DNA of 64,000 nt from Heteronotia binoei (taxonomy: Eukaryota): the NCBI RefSeq assembly GCF_032191835.1, contig NC_083226.1:21266001-21330000 (forward strand), given 5' to 3'. Below the pieces are notes generated by a model. The model had not been told where the DNA came from. It saw only the letters and a program-made list of their open reading frames with translations, and made no database searches. Below, piece by piece: positions 13,801 to 25,700 of this stretch. Numbering within the stretch: the first letter of the stretch is position 1; every line of letters starts with the position of its first letter. Position numbers and translations under genes: made by a program.

Positions 13801-13887
13801 CGGATGTTCGATGAGGATTACAAGAACTTGAACAAGCGGATAAGATTTTTGTACAGACGCTTCAACCGCACTGGGAAGCACCGCTAA
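7842..13887 (+). CDS. MRPL51: Mitochondrial ribosomal protein L51 (mL51), 131 aa; join(7842-7932,10859-10966,13691-13887)
   Basis: GT-AG exons in frame: [15 protein letters not shown]...; [21 protein letters not shown]; [35 protein letters not shown]...[18 protein letters not shown]. Matches mL51 motifs and is syntenic with NCAPD2. Confidence 0.97.
8300..9690 (-). mobile_element. Old degenerate RTE/BovB-like LINE, interrupted by a 5S-derived SINE
   Basis: [35 protein letters not shown] remnant (9154-9435); further RTE-like remnants to ~8300; boundaries approximate. Confidence 0.7.
10030..10303 (+). mobile_element. tRNA-derived SINE, Squam3-like
   Basis: GAGAGCCAGTTTGGTGTAGTGG A-box head, GGTTTGATTCC B-box, (TCT)n tail. 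Further copies at ~3203-3345(-), 22382-22660, 26505-26738(-), 27066-27348, 33305-33555(-), 42675-42948, 48152-48375(-), 50228-50475, 53010-53240(-), 53713-53998, 54000-54418(-), 57530-57930. Confidence 0.85.
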
Positions 13888-14300
13888 GAATTCCCCGTGA
13901 GGAGTGACAGATCTGTGAAAGATATCCCAACTGTTTTATCCTGTTAGTTTCCTGATGTTCCCCATCGTTCATCATTTCTTCTGCCATTGTATCCCTTTGC
14001 AGCCTACATACTGCCCTAAAATGCCATTTGTGATTTTTTTTTCAATATGAAATCTGGTGGTTAAATGTACAAATATAGTTTTCAGACTAGCTTGGCTTCT
14101 TCTGCAGAATGGGGAGGGTCTCATGTCCCATGTGAATTAGGCAGATCATGAGACGGAGGGCAGGCAGGGTTGCATCAGTGCTTAGTTCTTGCGGCCCTTT
14201 CTTTCACACCCAGGGAGATGCTGGTTGCCACTTTGGGGTCAGTCAGCAGTTTTTCTCCAGGCCAGTGATCCTGGAGGTTTTCTGCAATCTTCTGAGCACG

Positions 14301-14829
14301 GTGGGATAACGACACTCTCACTCCGTATAGAAAAAATGCAGTTGTATTCAATATATATTCAGTCTATTTCAAAATATATCCTCTTATGAGTATCTGAGTG
14401 GTACAGACAAAAAAAACCATCTTGGCCTTCCAAATTAATATTTTGTATAGAATTGCTTATTGAAACACCACTGCCAGTCTATCCTGCAGCATTTGATAGT
14501 GCTATCAATAAGAGGTTCTATACAAAATATTAATTTGGAAGGCCAAGATATGAAATACAGCACCACAACACTACTTGAACCCATAAATATAAAAGACGGT
14601 CCCCTGAAGAAGGGTGCTTCCTGAAACGAAATGGACGGGTTCTTTTATGATTCGTTGGACTTTAATCAATTTTGATTATTTTTTTCGACAGTAGGAGTGT
14701 TTTGCACAAGATGGTTTTTTGTCTGTACCATTGAGATACTCCCAAGAGGGTATATTTTGAAATAGACTGAATATAAATTGAATACAACTGCATTTTTTTC
14801 TACACGGAGTGAGAGTGTCGTTATTCCAC
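14301..14829. mobile_element. Fold-back element with ~120-bp terminal inverted repeats and a central hammerhead-like motif (Penelope-like pLTR relic)
   Basis: 14301-14422 is the reverse complement of 14708-14829; CTGAAGA-hairpin-GAAAC at 14604-14627. Confidence 0.65.
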
Positions 14830-16133
14830 AGTTCTCCTTACCTTCATGGTCCCATTCTCCGTTGACATTTTCTGGGCGTGGAGCAGGGGTCACTGGGGAT
14901 GTATGTGTGTGGGGGGGTATTTGTGAATTTCCTGCATTGTGCAGGTGGTTGGACTAGGTCCCTTATAACTCTGTAATCCTTTACTGCCATCTTTATCATG
15001 CAGAGAGTGCTTCTCTTCCTATTGCACTGCACATTATGTTCCCAGGGCAGAAGCTACCAATTGAATGAAATCATGCCCCGGATCCTTGTTTTCATTCAGT
15101 GTCCCTGGGTGTTTATGCTGCTATGGCATCAAAAAATTTTAACTTTGCACTACAAATGACTGCAATGGGTTATGGGAGAATATGTTTTGTAGGAAACATG
15201 GCCATTATCCTGTGTCCTACCGTAGTACCTGGGTACTATCATGAAACACACTGGGTTGCCTTGGGTCAGTCTCAGCTGAATCTTCCTACCTTGCAGGGTT
15301 GGTGTGTGGGTCAGAAGTTTCTTCATTCAGGTGAGGAATAACTGTCTTGACTCAAGCTTTTTCTGTGCACGCTAGCTTTAAGGCTATGCTTTCTGTGTAG
15401 CTCCTTAGCTTAAGGGTGGGACAGAAGAGTCTTAGGTAACTAACAGAAAGCCATAAACTTCATTGAATTGGTTCAGTGTTGCTCTGGGAAACAAATGTTA
15501 AACATTGAGTAAATTAAAACCTACACCAGCTGTGGACACACACGTGCCACTTTAAGTCATATGTTCAAAGTTAAAAACTACCCTACATCCAGTGCTTTCT
15601 TTCATGGCGGAACAGAGTTTTAGAACCTCTTAATGGAAAGAATCCTCAAAAAATGTTTTAAAAGTTCACGAGGGGCACACGTGCGTTTCTCCTTCATTTC
15701 CCTCTGGAGAGTTCCGTCACCTCTTTTTTCCTGAAAAAAAAGCCCTGCCTGCTTCTAATGGTGCTTGAAGCAGCTTCTGAGAGCAGTATGCAGGCCAGCC
15801 ACAGACCCCATCCCCAGAACTTTAGCCCAACAGCTGCAGTTTGAATTTGGTAGCTGAAAAACAAGCACAGAAAAGGGCCACAGCTTGCCAGAATGAGTGG
15901 CACTTACCAAATTCTTGTCAAAAGCAACTGCCAAATGGCCATAAAGCCAAATCTGTTTTGTGTATCTCCCATAGACCAGTTCGTAGGATGGAGGCTACCC
16001 ATGAGAAAGTTGGTGCACTTGCTGAAGCCAAGTGACCAGTTCTGTATAGCTGTCAGTGGAAGTACTGAGCGGGGTGGTGGTGGTCATTTAAGTATGAGGG
16101 TCTTGGGTCCTGAAGAACGTTAAAGGTCAAGAG

Positions 16134-16407
16134 CAGGGGTGGCCAAACTGTGGCTCGGAAGCCACATGTGGCTCTTTCACACATATTGTGTGGCTCTTGA
16201 GGCCCCCACCACATCGTTCTCTCTTTAAATTATTTCTCCAAGCCAGCTGGTGGCTTGGAGAATACATTTCAAGTTAAAGTTGCTTTCTTTCCAGCTCTCC
16301 CATCTATTTGTCTGCCTGCCAGGCTCTCAGACATCTGACATTCATGCCTTGTGGCTCAGATGTTTATTCTATGTAGCTCTTATGCTAGGCAAGTTTGGCC
16401 ATCCCTG
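16134..16407. mobile_element. hAT-type MITE (CAGGGGTGGCCAAAC TIRs)
   Basis: TIRs with near-perfect 8-bp TSD GTCAAGAG/ATCAAGAG. Confidence 0.75.
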
Positions 16408-16426
16408 ATCAAGAGCAACAACTTGA

Positions 16427-16504
16427 ACATAAGAGAAGCCATGTTGGATCAGGCCAATGGCCCATCCATTCCAACACTCTGTGTCACACAGTGGCCAAAA
16501 AAAT

Positions 16505-16535
<31 letters not shown>

Positions 16536-19035
16536 TGTGGCTAATAGTCACTGATGGACCTCTGCTCCATATTTTTATCTAACCCCCTCTTGAAGCTGGC
16601 TATGGTTGTGGCTGCCACCACCTTCTGTGGCAGTGAATTCCACGTTAATAACCCTTTTGGTGAAGTACTTCCTTTTATCCGTTTTAACCCGACTGCTCAG
16701 CAATTTCATTGAATGCCCACTAGTTGTATTGTGAGAAAGGGAGAAAAGTACTTCTTTCTGTACTTTCTCCATCCCATGCATTATCTTGTAAACCTCTATC
16801 ATGTCACCCCGCAGTCGACGTTTCTCCAAGCTAAAGAGCCCCAAGCGTTTTAACCTTTCTTCATAGGGAAAGTGTTCCAACCCTTTAATCATTCTAGTTG
16901 CTCTTTTCTGGACTTTTTCCAATGCTATAATATCCTTTTTGAGGTGCGGTGACCAGAATTTCACACAGTATTCCAAATGAGACTGCACCATCGATTTATA
17001 CAGGGGCATTAAGATACTGGCTGATTTGTTTTCAATTCCCTTCCTAATAATTCCCAGCATGGTGTTGGCCTTTTTTATTGCAATTGCACACTGTCTTGAC
17101 ATTTTCAGTGAGTTATCTACCACAACCCCAAGATCTCTCTCTTGGTCAGTCTCTGCCAGTTCACACCCCATCAACTTGTATTTGTAGCAGGGATTCTTGG
17201 CCCCAATGTGCATTACTTTGCCACATTGAACCTCATCTGCCACGTTGATGCCCACTCACCCAGCCTCAAGAGATCCCTTTGGAGTGCCTCACAATCCTCT
17301 CTGGTTCTCACCACCCTGAACAATTTAGTGTCATCTGCAAACTTGGCCATTTCACTGCTCACTCCCAACTCCAAATCATTTATGAACAAGTTAAAGAACA
17401 TGGGACCCAGTACCAAGCCCTGCGGCACCCCACTGCTTACTGTCCTCCACTGCGAAGACTGCCCATTTATACTCACTCTCTGCTTCCTATTAATTAGCCA
17501 GTTTTTGATCCACAAGAGGACCTGTCCTTTTACTCCATGCCTCTCGAGCTTTCTAAGGAGCCTTTGATGAGGAACTTTATCAAAAGCTTTCTGGAAGTCA
17601 AGGTAAACAACATCTATTGGGTCTCCTTTGTCCACATGTTTGTTCACCCCCTCAAAAAATGTAACAGGTTAGTGAGGCAAGATCTTCCCTTACAGAACCC
17701 ATGCTGAGTCTTCCTCAATAACCCATGTTCATCAATGTGCCTACTAATTCTGTCCTTGATAATGGTTTCTACCAACTTTCCCGGTATTGAAGTCAGACTG
17801 ACTGGATCTCTGGATTTCCTGGATCTCCTCTGGAACCCTTTTTAAAGATGGGGGTGACATTTGCTACCTTCCAGTCCTCAGGAACTGAGGCAGATAACAA
17901 TGAATACATATTTTTGTCAGAAGATCCACAAGTTCAACTTTGAGTTCTTTCAGAACTCTTGGATGTATGCCATCCAGACCTGGTGACTTATTAGTTTTTA
18001 ATTTGTGTATCAGTTGTAGGACTTCCTCTCTTGTCACCTCAATCTGACTCAGGTCTTTCAACACCCCTTCCAAAAGTAGTGGTTCTGGAGCGGGCAAACA
18101 CTTCTTGTCTTCCACAGTGAAGATGGAGGAAAAAAATGCATTCAGCTTCTCAGCCATTTCCCTATCCTCCTTCAGTAATCCTTTTACCCCTTGGTCATCC
18201 AAGGGCCCCACTGCCTCCCTGGCTGGTTTCCTGCTTCTAATATATTTGAAGAAATGTTTATTGTTGGTCTTTATGTTTTTTGCAGTATGCTCCTCATAGT
18301 CCCTTTTTGCCTGCCTATTTTATCTGAGCTTCTAGGATTGTAGTTTTAAATAGCCTCCAAGCTTCCCCAAGGGTTTGGACTGTATTTACCTTTCCTTTCA
18401 GTTTCCTCTTCACATGCCTCCTCATCTCAGAGAATTTACCCTTTTAAAAGTTAAACGTGGTTGTGCCGGTTTTTTGGGGCAACTCTCTATTTATACAAAT
18501 GGTGAAATCAATAACATTATGGTCACTGCTCCCAAGCGGTGCGATCACTTTTACATCCCTCACCAAGTCTTGGGCATTACTTAGGACCAAATCCAGGATC
18601 GCCCCACCCCTGGTAGGTTCTGAGACCATCTGCTCCATAGCACAGTCATTGAGAGCATCAAGAAACTCAATCTCTTTCTCTCGACCAGAACACATATTGA
18701 CCCAATCAATCTGCGGGTAGTTAAAATCACCTATTACGACACAGTTTTTACATTTAGCCGCTATCTTTAATCCTTCCATCATATTATAATCGTCCTCTAT
18801 CTTTTGATTTGGTGGCCGATAACAAACTCCCATAGTTAAATTTCCTTTTGGGCCCTCTATTTCAACCGAAAGCATTTCTAGAAGGGAATCTAATTCTCTG
18901 ACCTCAGTCTTACTGGACCGTATACCCTCTCTGACATACAGAGCCACCCCACCTCCAAACCTTCCCTCCCTATCCTTCCGATATAAACGAGCCTGGGAAA
19001 AACTGGGATTGAAACGAGCCTGGGAAAAACTGAGT
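16427..19035 (-). mobile_element. CR1 LINE, 5'-truncated ORF2 (AP endonuclease plus RT) with frameshifts and deletions
   Basis: EN motifs GGGVALYV, GVCYRPP, GDFNYP, LGSSDH (18444-19046); RT YLDFQKAFDKVPH, GVPQG, KFADDTKL; HLEYCV..W, LGLFSLEKRRLRGD; 3' UTR with (TG)n and TTCTCTTATG tail. Confidence 0.95.
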
Positions 19036-19429
19036 GGCCACTGCAACTGTTGTAAAATTGGAAACTGTTGAATTAGACACCTAATATCTGTCAGAAAGCG
19101 TGTTGCTGTATTACATGCAAGTTAGTTTCTGAATTTCCTTCAAGAAGAGCTCCACACAGAGTGCGTTAACAGTAGTTCCAAGTCTGCGGTAGAACAGTTT
19201 GATTCAAGTTCAGTAGCACTTTAGAGACCAACAAAATTTCCCATTACGTAATGGTTTCAAGAGTCAAAGGTATCTGACCTAGAGAACTTTGCTTCTTTAA
19301 AGTATATGCCATGAAAATCTTGGTCTCTAAGGAGCCACTGGACTCCAGTCTTTCGGGTTAGGAGTCTTCACAAGAGGTATGGGCTGGCCGGCACTACCCC
19401 GAAGGCCTGGTCCTTTGGCTATGTTGGGT

Positions 19430-19755
19430 GTGATAATAAAGCTGAACTGAAAGAGCTGGCCAGTTGATAGCTAGGCGCAGCAGAAAGGGGGAAGACGAAA
19501 GGGAGGCTTCGGCCAGATTTCTGTCGTCTTTGCTGAGGAGTGACTCTCACTTGGCATGGGTCCAGGGGAGAGGCGGCTGGAAGGGCTTGGGCCGACGTCA
19601 TCCCTGGCTTGAGTGGGTGTGATGAGAGCGCACACTGGCTCGGTCTGGACTACCTTCTGGGAGGTGTAAGTCTGCAGCAATTTCTAGGAGCCTGCAGAAG
19701 GAAAGCTTTGGTGGGAAGCGGAGCCGTCTCCAAGGACAGAGGCGAAGGCAGCCAT
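19430..19755 (+). promoter_or_regulatory. Putative promoter and first exon of the VAMP1-like paralog
   Basis: gccAT|GTGAGT split start codon as in VAMP1 exon 1; near-consensus CRE CGACGTCA at 19593-19600; much less CpG-dense than the canonical VAMP1 promoter. Confidence 0.55.
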
Positions 19756-22700
19756 GTGAGTATTGAGGGTGGGTGGATATCTGACTCCCCTCTGCAGACT
19801 GGTGCCCCTTGAGCCGTGCTGTTGCAACAGTGTCTTCTCTGTCCGGTCCACCCATTTGGTATTTCCCACCCAGCTTTGGCATTTGCCCGATGCTCCGAGA
19901 CCTAAGAGCTTCCTTGACACCTTTGCACCTGTTGCATCAGAACATGGCAACAGTTGCCAAAGTGACTGAGAAGGTGGTGGTGGTGAGATAAATTGTTGCT
20001 GGGGAGGGGGAATGCTTATTCACTCCACACGCCCCTGGAATGCGGAGGAGAAACGCTCTGAGCCGTGTTCGGTGTCCTTCGTAGCCCCCCTGGGACCTTG
20101 GGCTGGTAGTCCTCCTAACTTACCTCACAGGGTTGTTGGGAGATAAAGCAGAGAGAGCTTGGGAGGGAGGAGACAGGGTGGATGCAGTGTGATGCGGGAG
20201 GACTGAGGAGAAACAATTTTTCTTCAGGCCAGTTTGGCTAGGGATCCTGGGTTTTTTTTGTGGGTTTTTTGGCCATCTGGGCTCAGAGCAGGGATCACTG
20301 ATGGTGTCTGTGGGGAGGAGGTGTTTGTGAATTTCCTGCACCGTGTAGGAGGCTGTACTAGATTACCCTGGAGGTCCCATCCGAACCTATGATTCTACGG
20401 CCCCCGGTTCAGATCTCTCCTCGCCACGGAATTCATTGGGGTGGCTTTGGGCCAGTCATAGTCTATCCACCCGACCTACCTCCCAGGGTTGGCGTGACAA
20501 AGAAGGGGTATGGAAGAATTTGCCTTGAGCGGGAGGAAAAACTGGATAAATCGGCTTGTTTGGAGTCCAGGTTCCGAGGAGTGCTCTTTGGGGGCGGCGG
20601 CTTTCCCAAAAAAGAGAGCTAGACGCTTTGGGGGAAAGTTGCTTAAAGGTTTCTTGGCTCTGCGGCAGCGCTTGCAAGGCGGAAAAAAATGCGCCTAGTC
20701 ATGAAAGAAGCCCTGAGCCTTGCGACGCCGCCCTTTCCAGCCTCGCTCTCCCCTCCCTCCCCGTAGGCGAGAGACTGCCCTGCAAGAGGGGGCGCTGGAG
20801 ACGGTGGGCTGAGCAGGATCCAGCCGGGCGCGAAGAGGAGGCGGCCGCTTCTCCGAGGGCGGGGGAGGGGCCGGTCCAAAGCAGGTCTCGGAAGTAAGGG
20901 GGCCCTTCGGACCGGAGCTTGCTAGCGAGGAGGATGGCGGTCGGCCACGGTTGCCAGCCTCCAGATGGGACCTGGGGATCTCCCGAAATTACACTGGTCT
21001 CCTCCAGGCGACAGCGAACGCCCCCCCCCCCCTCCCTGGAGAAAAATGGCTGTTTGGAAGGGTGGACTCTGGACTCGCATCCTTGCGGAGCGCCCTCCCG
21101 TCCCTAAACCCCTCTCTCCCCAAGGCTGCACCCCACATTTCCATAGATAGGTTCAGCCACCATCCGGTGGCACAGTGGGGCGGCCAGATCTACTTCATCA
21201 GGGGGCGGGCTGGCCCCCAGCAGCAGGGGAAGTGGTGCAGATCCAAGCTAGAGGGACAGTGTGTTGCTAGGATCTAGCCAGCTTCTTTACTTGGGATCAG
21301 GGCTTTTTTGGGAGAAAAAGCCCAGCAGGAACTCATTTGCATATCAGGCTACGCCCCCTGACATCGCCATTATTTCACATCGCCAGTCAGGGCTTATTTA
21401 CATATTAGGCCACACCGCCTGGTGCCAAGCCAGCCGGAACTGCGTTCTTGTGCATTCCTGCTAACCCCGCCCACCATCCTGCTTGGGATCAATACTCCCT
21501 CTAAGCTGTGGAGTCTTTTGAGCAAAAATTCTACTTCGTTGAGCTACTGGCATTAAAATCGTGAGCTCTACTGCATAAATGAGTTTGCTTCGGGTCCATT
21601 TTTCCTGAGCTGAGACAAAAATGAGTGAGCCAGAGGCTAAATAACTGTGAGGTAGCTCCCACTAACTCAGCTTAGAGGGAACACTGCTTGGGATGCCAGA
21701 AATTGCTTTGAATTTTTTTTTTTTTTGCAAGCAGGGACTCCAGAATTGCTTGATCAGGGGAGGAAACATCTGTGTGAGGCAGGACTTTCATTTCCCCCCC
21801 TCCCCTGCCCTTTTATCACTGGAAAGGAGCTCCCCCCATTAACTCTTGGGGGGCAATAATACGTACATACAGTTTTTGGAACTTTTGAAATGTATGCATG
21901 CAGCCCCTTGAGGCTTAGAAGTGGTGTGTAATTGACGGCAGGGGTAGTTTCCACGGTTTTAATGCAGGATAGAAAGTGAGGGGGGGATTTAAGCAAAATC
22001 TCTGGGTCAGAAGTCATAGAATCACAGAATTGGAAGGGACCTCTAGGCTCACCTGGTCCACCCCACCTGCACAATGCAGGGAATTCATAACCACCCCACC
22101 TGCACAATGCAGGGAATTCATAACTACCCCACACCCCCAGTGACTCCCTGCTCCATGTCCAGAAGATGGCAAAAAATCCCCCAGTCATCCTGGTGGCATA
22201 TTTGGGGCAGAACCCGTAGAGAACCAGAGTCAACAACTTGGCCCTTTTAGAACATTTGCCACTTGCAGATCAATAAACAGGAGCCCCGAAGTGAAGCCAG
22301 TAGGTTATTTCCCCTCTCTGTAGACAAAAAAGCAGCCCCAGGGTAGAAAACAACCTGAGATTTCCTTCCTCCCTTCCCCTTCCAGTTTGGTGTAGTGGTT
22401 AAGTGTGCGGACTCTTATCTGGGAGAACCAGGTTTGATTCCCCACTCCTCCACTTGCACCTGCTGGCCTTGGGTCAGCCATAGCTCTCGCAGGGGTTGTC
22501 CTTGAAAGGGCAGCTGCTGTGAGAGCTCTCTCAGCCCCACCCACCTCACAGGTTGTCTGTTGTGGTGGAGGAAGATAAAGGAGATTGTGAGCCGCTCTGA
22601 GACTCTTTGGAGTGGAGGGCGGGATATAAATCCAATTTCTTCTTCTTCCCCTTCCCTTTCCCTTCTCTTCCCTTCCCACTGTCAAGTCCCAGCTGATTTA

Positions 22701-25700
22701 TTGCAACCCTGTGGGGTTTTCAAGGCAAGAGCTGTTCAGAGGTGGTCTGCCATTGCCTGCTTCTGCCTAGCAACCTTCCATTTCTTTGGAGGTCCCCCAC
22801 CCAAGTACTGACTAGGACTGACCTTCCTTAGCTTCTGAGATCAGGCTAGCCTGGGCTTTCAAGGTCATGGCTTTCTGCAACTGTGATGGTTTTTAGAATC
22901 TCAGACCCTGGGATGAGAAGGGTCCCATTTGTTTTTGCTGAGGGAAACTGATCCAAGGCAGTACTTCAGTGAAATGGCTTTGTCATAAAAAGCGTTGATG
23001 GACTCCACTTCTCTCATCCCAGAGAGATAATGCCAACAATGCTATAAAATAATCATGATTAGCAATGACAGATGTTTGAAACAAACTCTGAGGGGCAGGG
23101 GGGAATGTTTGTAGGGGAAAAGCCCAGCAGGAACTCATTTGCATATTAGACCACACCCACTGACACCACCATTGTTTCGCACAGGGTTTTTTTGCAGAAA
23201 AAGCCCAGCAGGAACTCATTTGCATATTAGGCCACGCCCCTGACACCAAGCCAGCTGGAACTGTGTTCTTGTGCATTCCTGCTTTAAAAAAAACAAAAAG
23301 CCCTGCTGAGGGGGTTGTGAAACAAAATGACTCCTGCCACTACACAGATTTTGCTTTCTTGCATTTTATGTGTGTGTGTGTGTGTGGGGGGGGAACTTTC
23401 ATTTTTTTCCTCCCCTGCCCTTTTTTCACTGGAAAGGAGCTTCCCCCCCAATATATGTATTACTCCACTGTGGGAGGGGTCATAGTAATTAATTGATTGA
23501 TTGATTGATTGATTGATTTGTTGGAATTTTAAAAAAGTATGCATGCAGCCCTTTGAGGCTTAGGAGTTACATTTGATTCCTGCAGGATACCATTTTATTT
23601 ACTTGGTGCATAGTCCGCCTTTCTCCCTGCGACACAAGGTAAGATACTCTGGAGTTCACTGATTTATTTATAACATTTATTAGGCACTTTATGAAACGCA
23701 AAGTGGATGGCTTACAATGCAGATAATATACATAAAAAACAAAAATACATAAAATACATAAAAACCAAAAATTTAAAATCACTAATTAGGAGCAGTGTGC
23801 TCCTTCTTTGTCTGTGTGTGTGTGAGAGAGAACAGACGGAAGTGAGAAGTCTATACATCAAAGAGGTAGAGGCAGAAGGGTAAACAGGAATGAACCCACA
23901 GTTTGCCTGTCTACCCAACTTACTCTCTTGTAAGCCCCCCCTCTCTGGAGTCTGAGGCTAAGAGACAGCACCAAGGCCTTCTCTTCCAATGGTAAGTTCA
24001 CAAGAAAGCCACGAGGAATGACTGAAACCAGGGGTGGAGTTCTAGCAGGAGCTCCTTTGCATATTAGGCCACACACCCCTGATGTAGCCAATTCTCCAAG
24101 AGCTTACAGGGCTCTTTTTTGTAAGCTCTTGGAGGATTGGCTACATCGAGGCCAATGTTCCCTCTAAGCTGCAGAGTCTTGTGAGCAAAAATTCTACTTT
24201 GTGAGCTACTGGTATTAAAGTTGTGAGCTGCTGGCATTAAAGTTGTGAGCTACTGCATAAATTAATGTGCTCTGGGGTCATTCTTCCTGAGCTAAGACAA
24301 AAATGTGTGAGCTGAAAGCTAAAAATCTGTGAGCTCGCTCACGCTAACTCAGCTTAGAGGGACACACTGATCGGGGTGTGTGGCCTAATATGCAAAGGAG
24401 CTCCTGCTAGAATTCCACCCCTGACTGAACCACCCTGAAACATTTGTTATGAATGAGGACTGCTTGGTTGCTCACACCTGTGTGACTTGCAGGGGTGAAT
24501 ATTGGTAGCAGATAGTACCCCAAATCTTTTTTTTGTACTTGACCTGTTATCTATGACTGACTGACCTGTTATCTTTGCAGGTCTGATCCAGCACAGCCAC
24601 CTCATCTTGAGGCAGAGCCAGAAGGGGGAGAATCTTCTGGCGGTCCCCCCCCACCGCCCCCAAATTTGACCAGCAATCGCCGGCTGCAGCAGACTCAAGC
24701 CGAAGTGAATCAAGTGAGTCCGTAATATCCCGGCTTCCTCAGACTGGCCTCACGCCTGTTTTTCTGCCCATTTGTGAGGGGGGCCTCCTTTCTTTCCTCT
24801 TTCCCCCCTCTCAGGTGGTGGACATCTTGCATGACAACATGACCAGAGTCATACAGCGCGACGAAGCGCTCAGCAGCTTGGATGACAAAGCGGACTCTCT
24901 CCACGAGAGCGCCAAAATTTTTGAAAACAGCACGACCGCTCTTGCGAGGAAGTACTGGTGCCAAAACATGAAGGTGAGCTTGCAACGGACGATTCCCTAG
25001 AACGGTACGAGACACGTCGCTTTTTGCGGAAGGCCTGGAATAGTAGACATCACATGACCAGGGCTTTTTTTTTTGTAGCAGAGACTCCTTTGCATATTAG
25101 GTCACACACCCCTGAGGTAGCCAATCCTCCTGGAGCTTACAGTAGGCCCTGTACGAAGAGCCCTGTAAACTCCAGGAGGATTGGCTACATCAGTGGGTGT
25201 GGCCTAATAGGTCAAGAGCTTGGGAGTTCTACTGGAGCCTTCATTATCAATGGAGGCCCAGATAGCAGCCACTGCCAAGTCAGCGTTTTTTCACCTGAAG
25301 TGGGCAAGGCAGTTGGCTCCCTTCCTGGAGCGCCGGGACCTAGCAACAGTGATCCATGCAACGGTCACCTTAAGATTGGATTACTGTAATGCCCTCTACA
25401 TGGGGCTGCCTCTGTGCCGAACCCGGAGGTTGCAGCTGGTGCAGAACGCAGTGGCTAGGCTGCTATTGGGGCTCCCGAAGTGGGAGCACATACAGTCGGG
25501 GCTACGCGGACTGCACTGGTTGCCAGTAACTTACCGGGTTCGTTACAAAGTGCTGGTTATTACCTTTAAAGCCCTATATGGCTGAGGACCTGCCTACCTG
25601 AGGGACTGTCTTTCCCCATACGAACCCTAGAGAGCACTGAGGTCAGTAGGGAAGAACCAGCTGGCTATCCCCGGACCAAAGGAGGCAAAACTATAAAACA

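Noticed and set aside
17142-17567. Plus-strand ORFs opposite CR1/BovB RT (also 37061-37633, 55788-56138)
   Set aside because: Antisense shadow frames of LINE ORF2.
24581-24973. Paralog as VAMP2/3/5/8 ortholog or processed retrocopy
   Set aside because: It has introns at VAMP1 positions, [21 protein letters not shown] and YFFT ends, and sits next to VAMP1.
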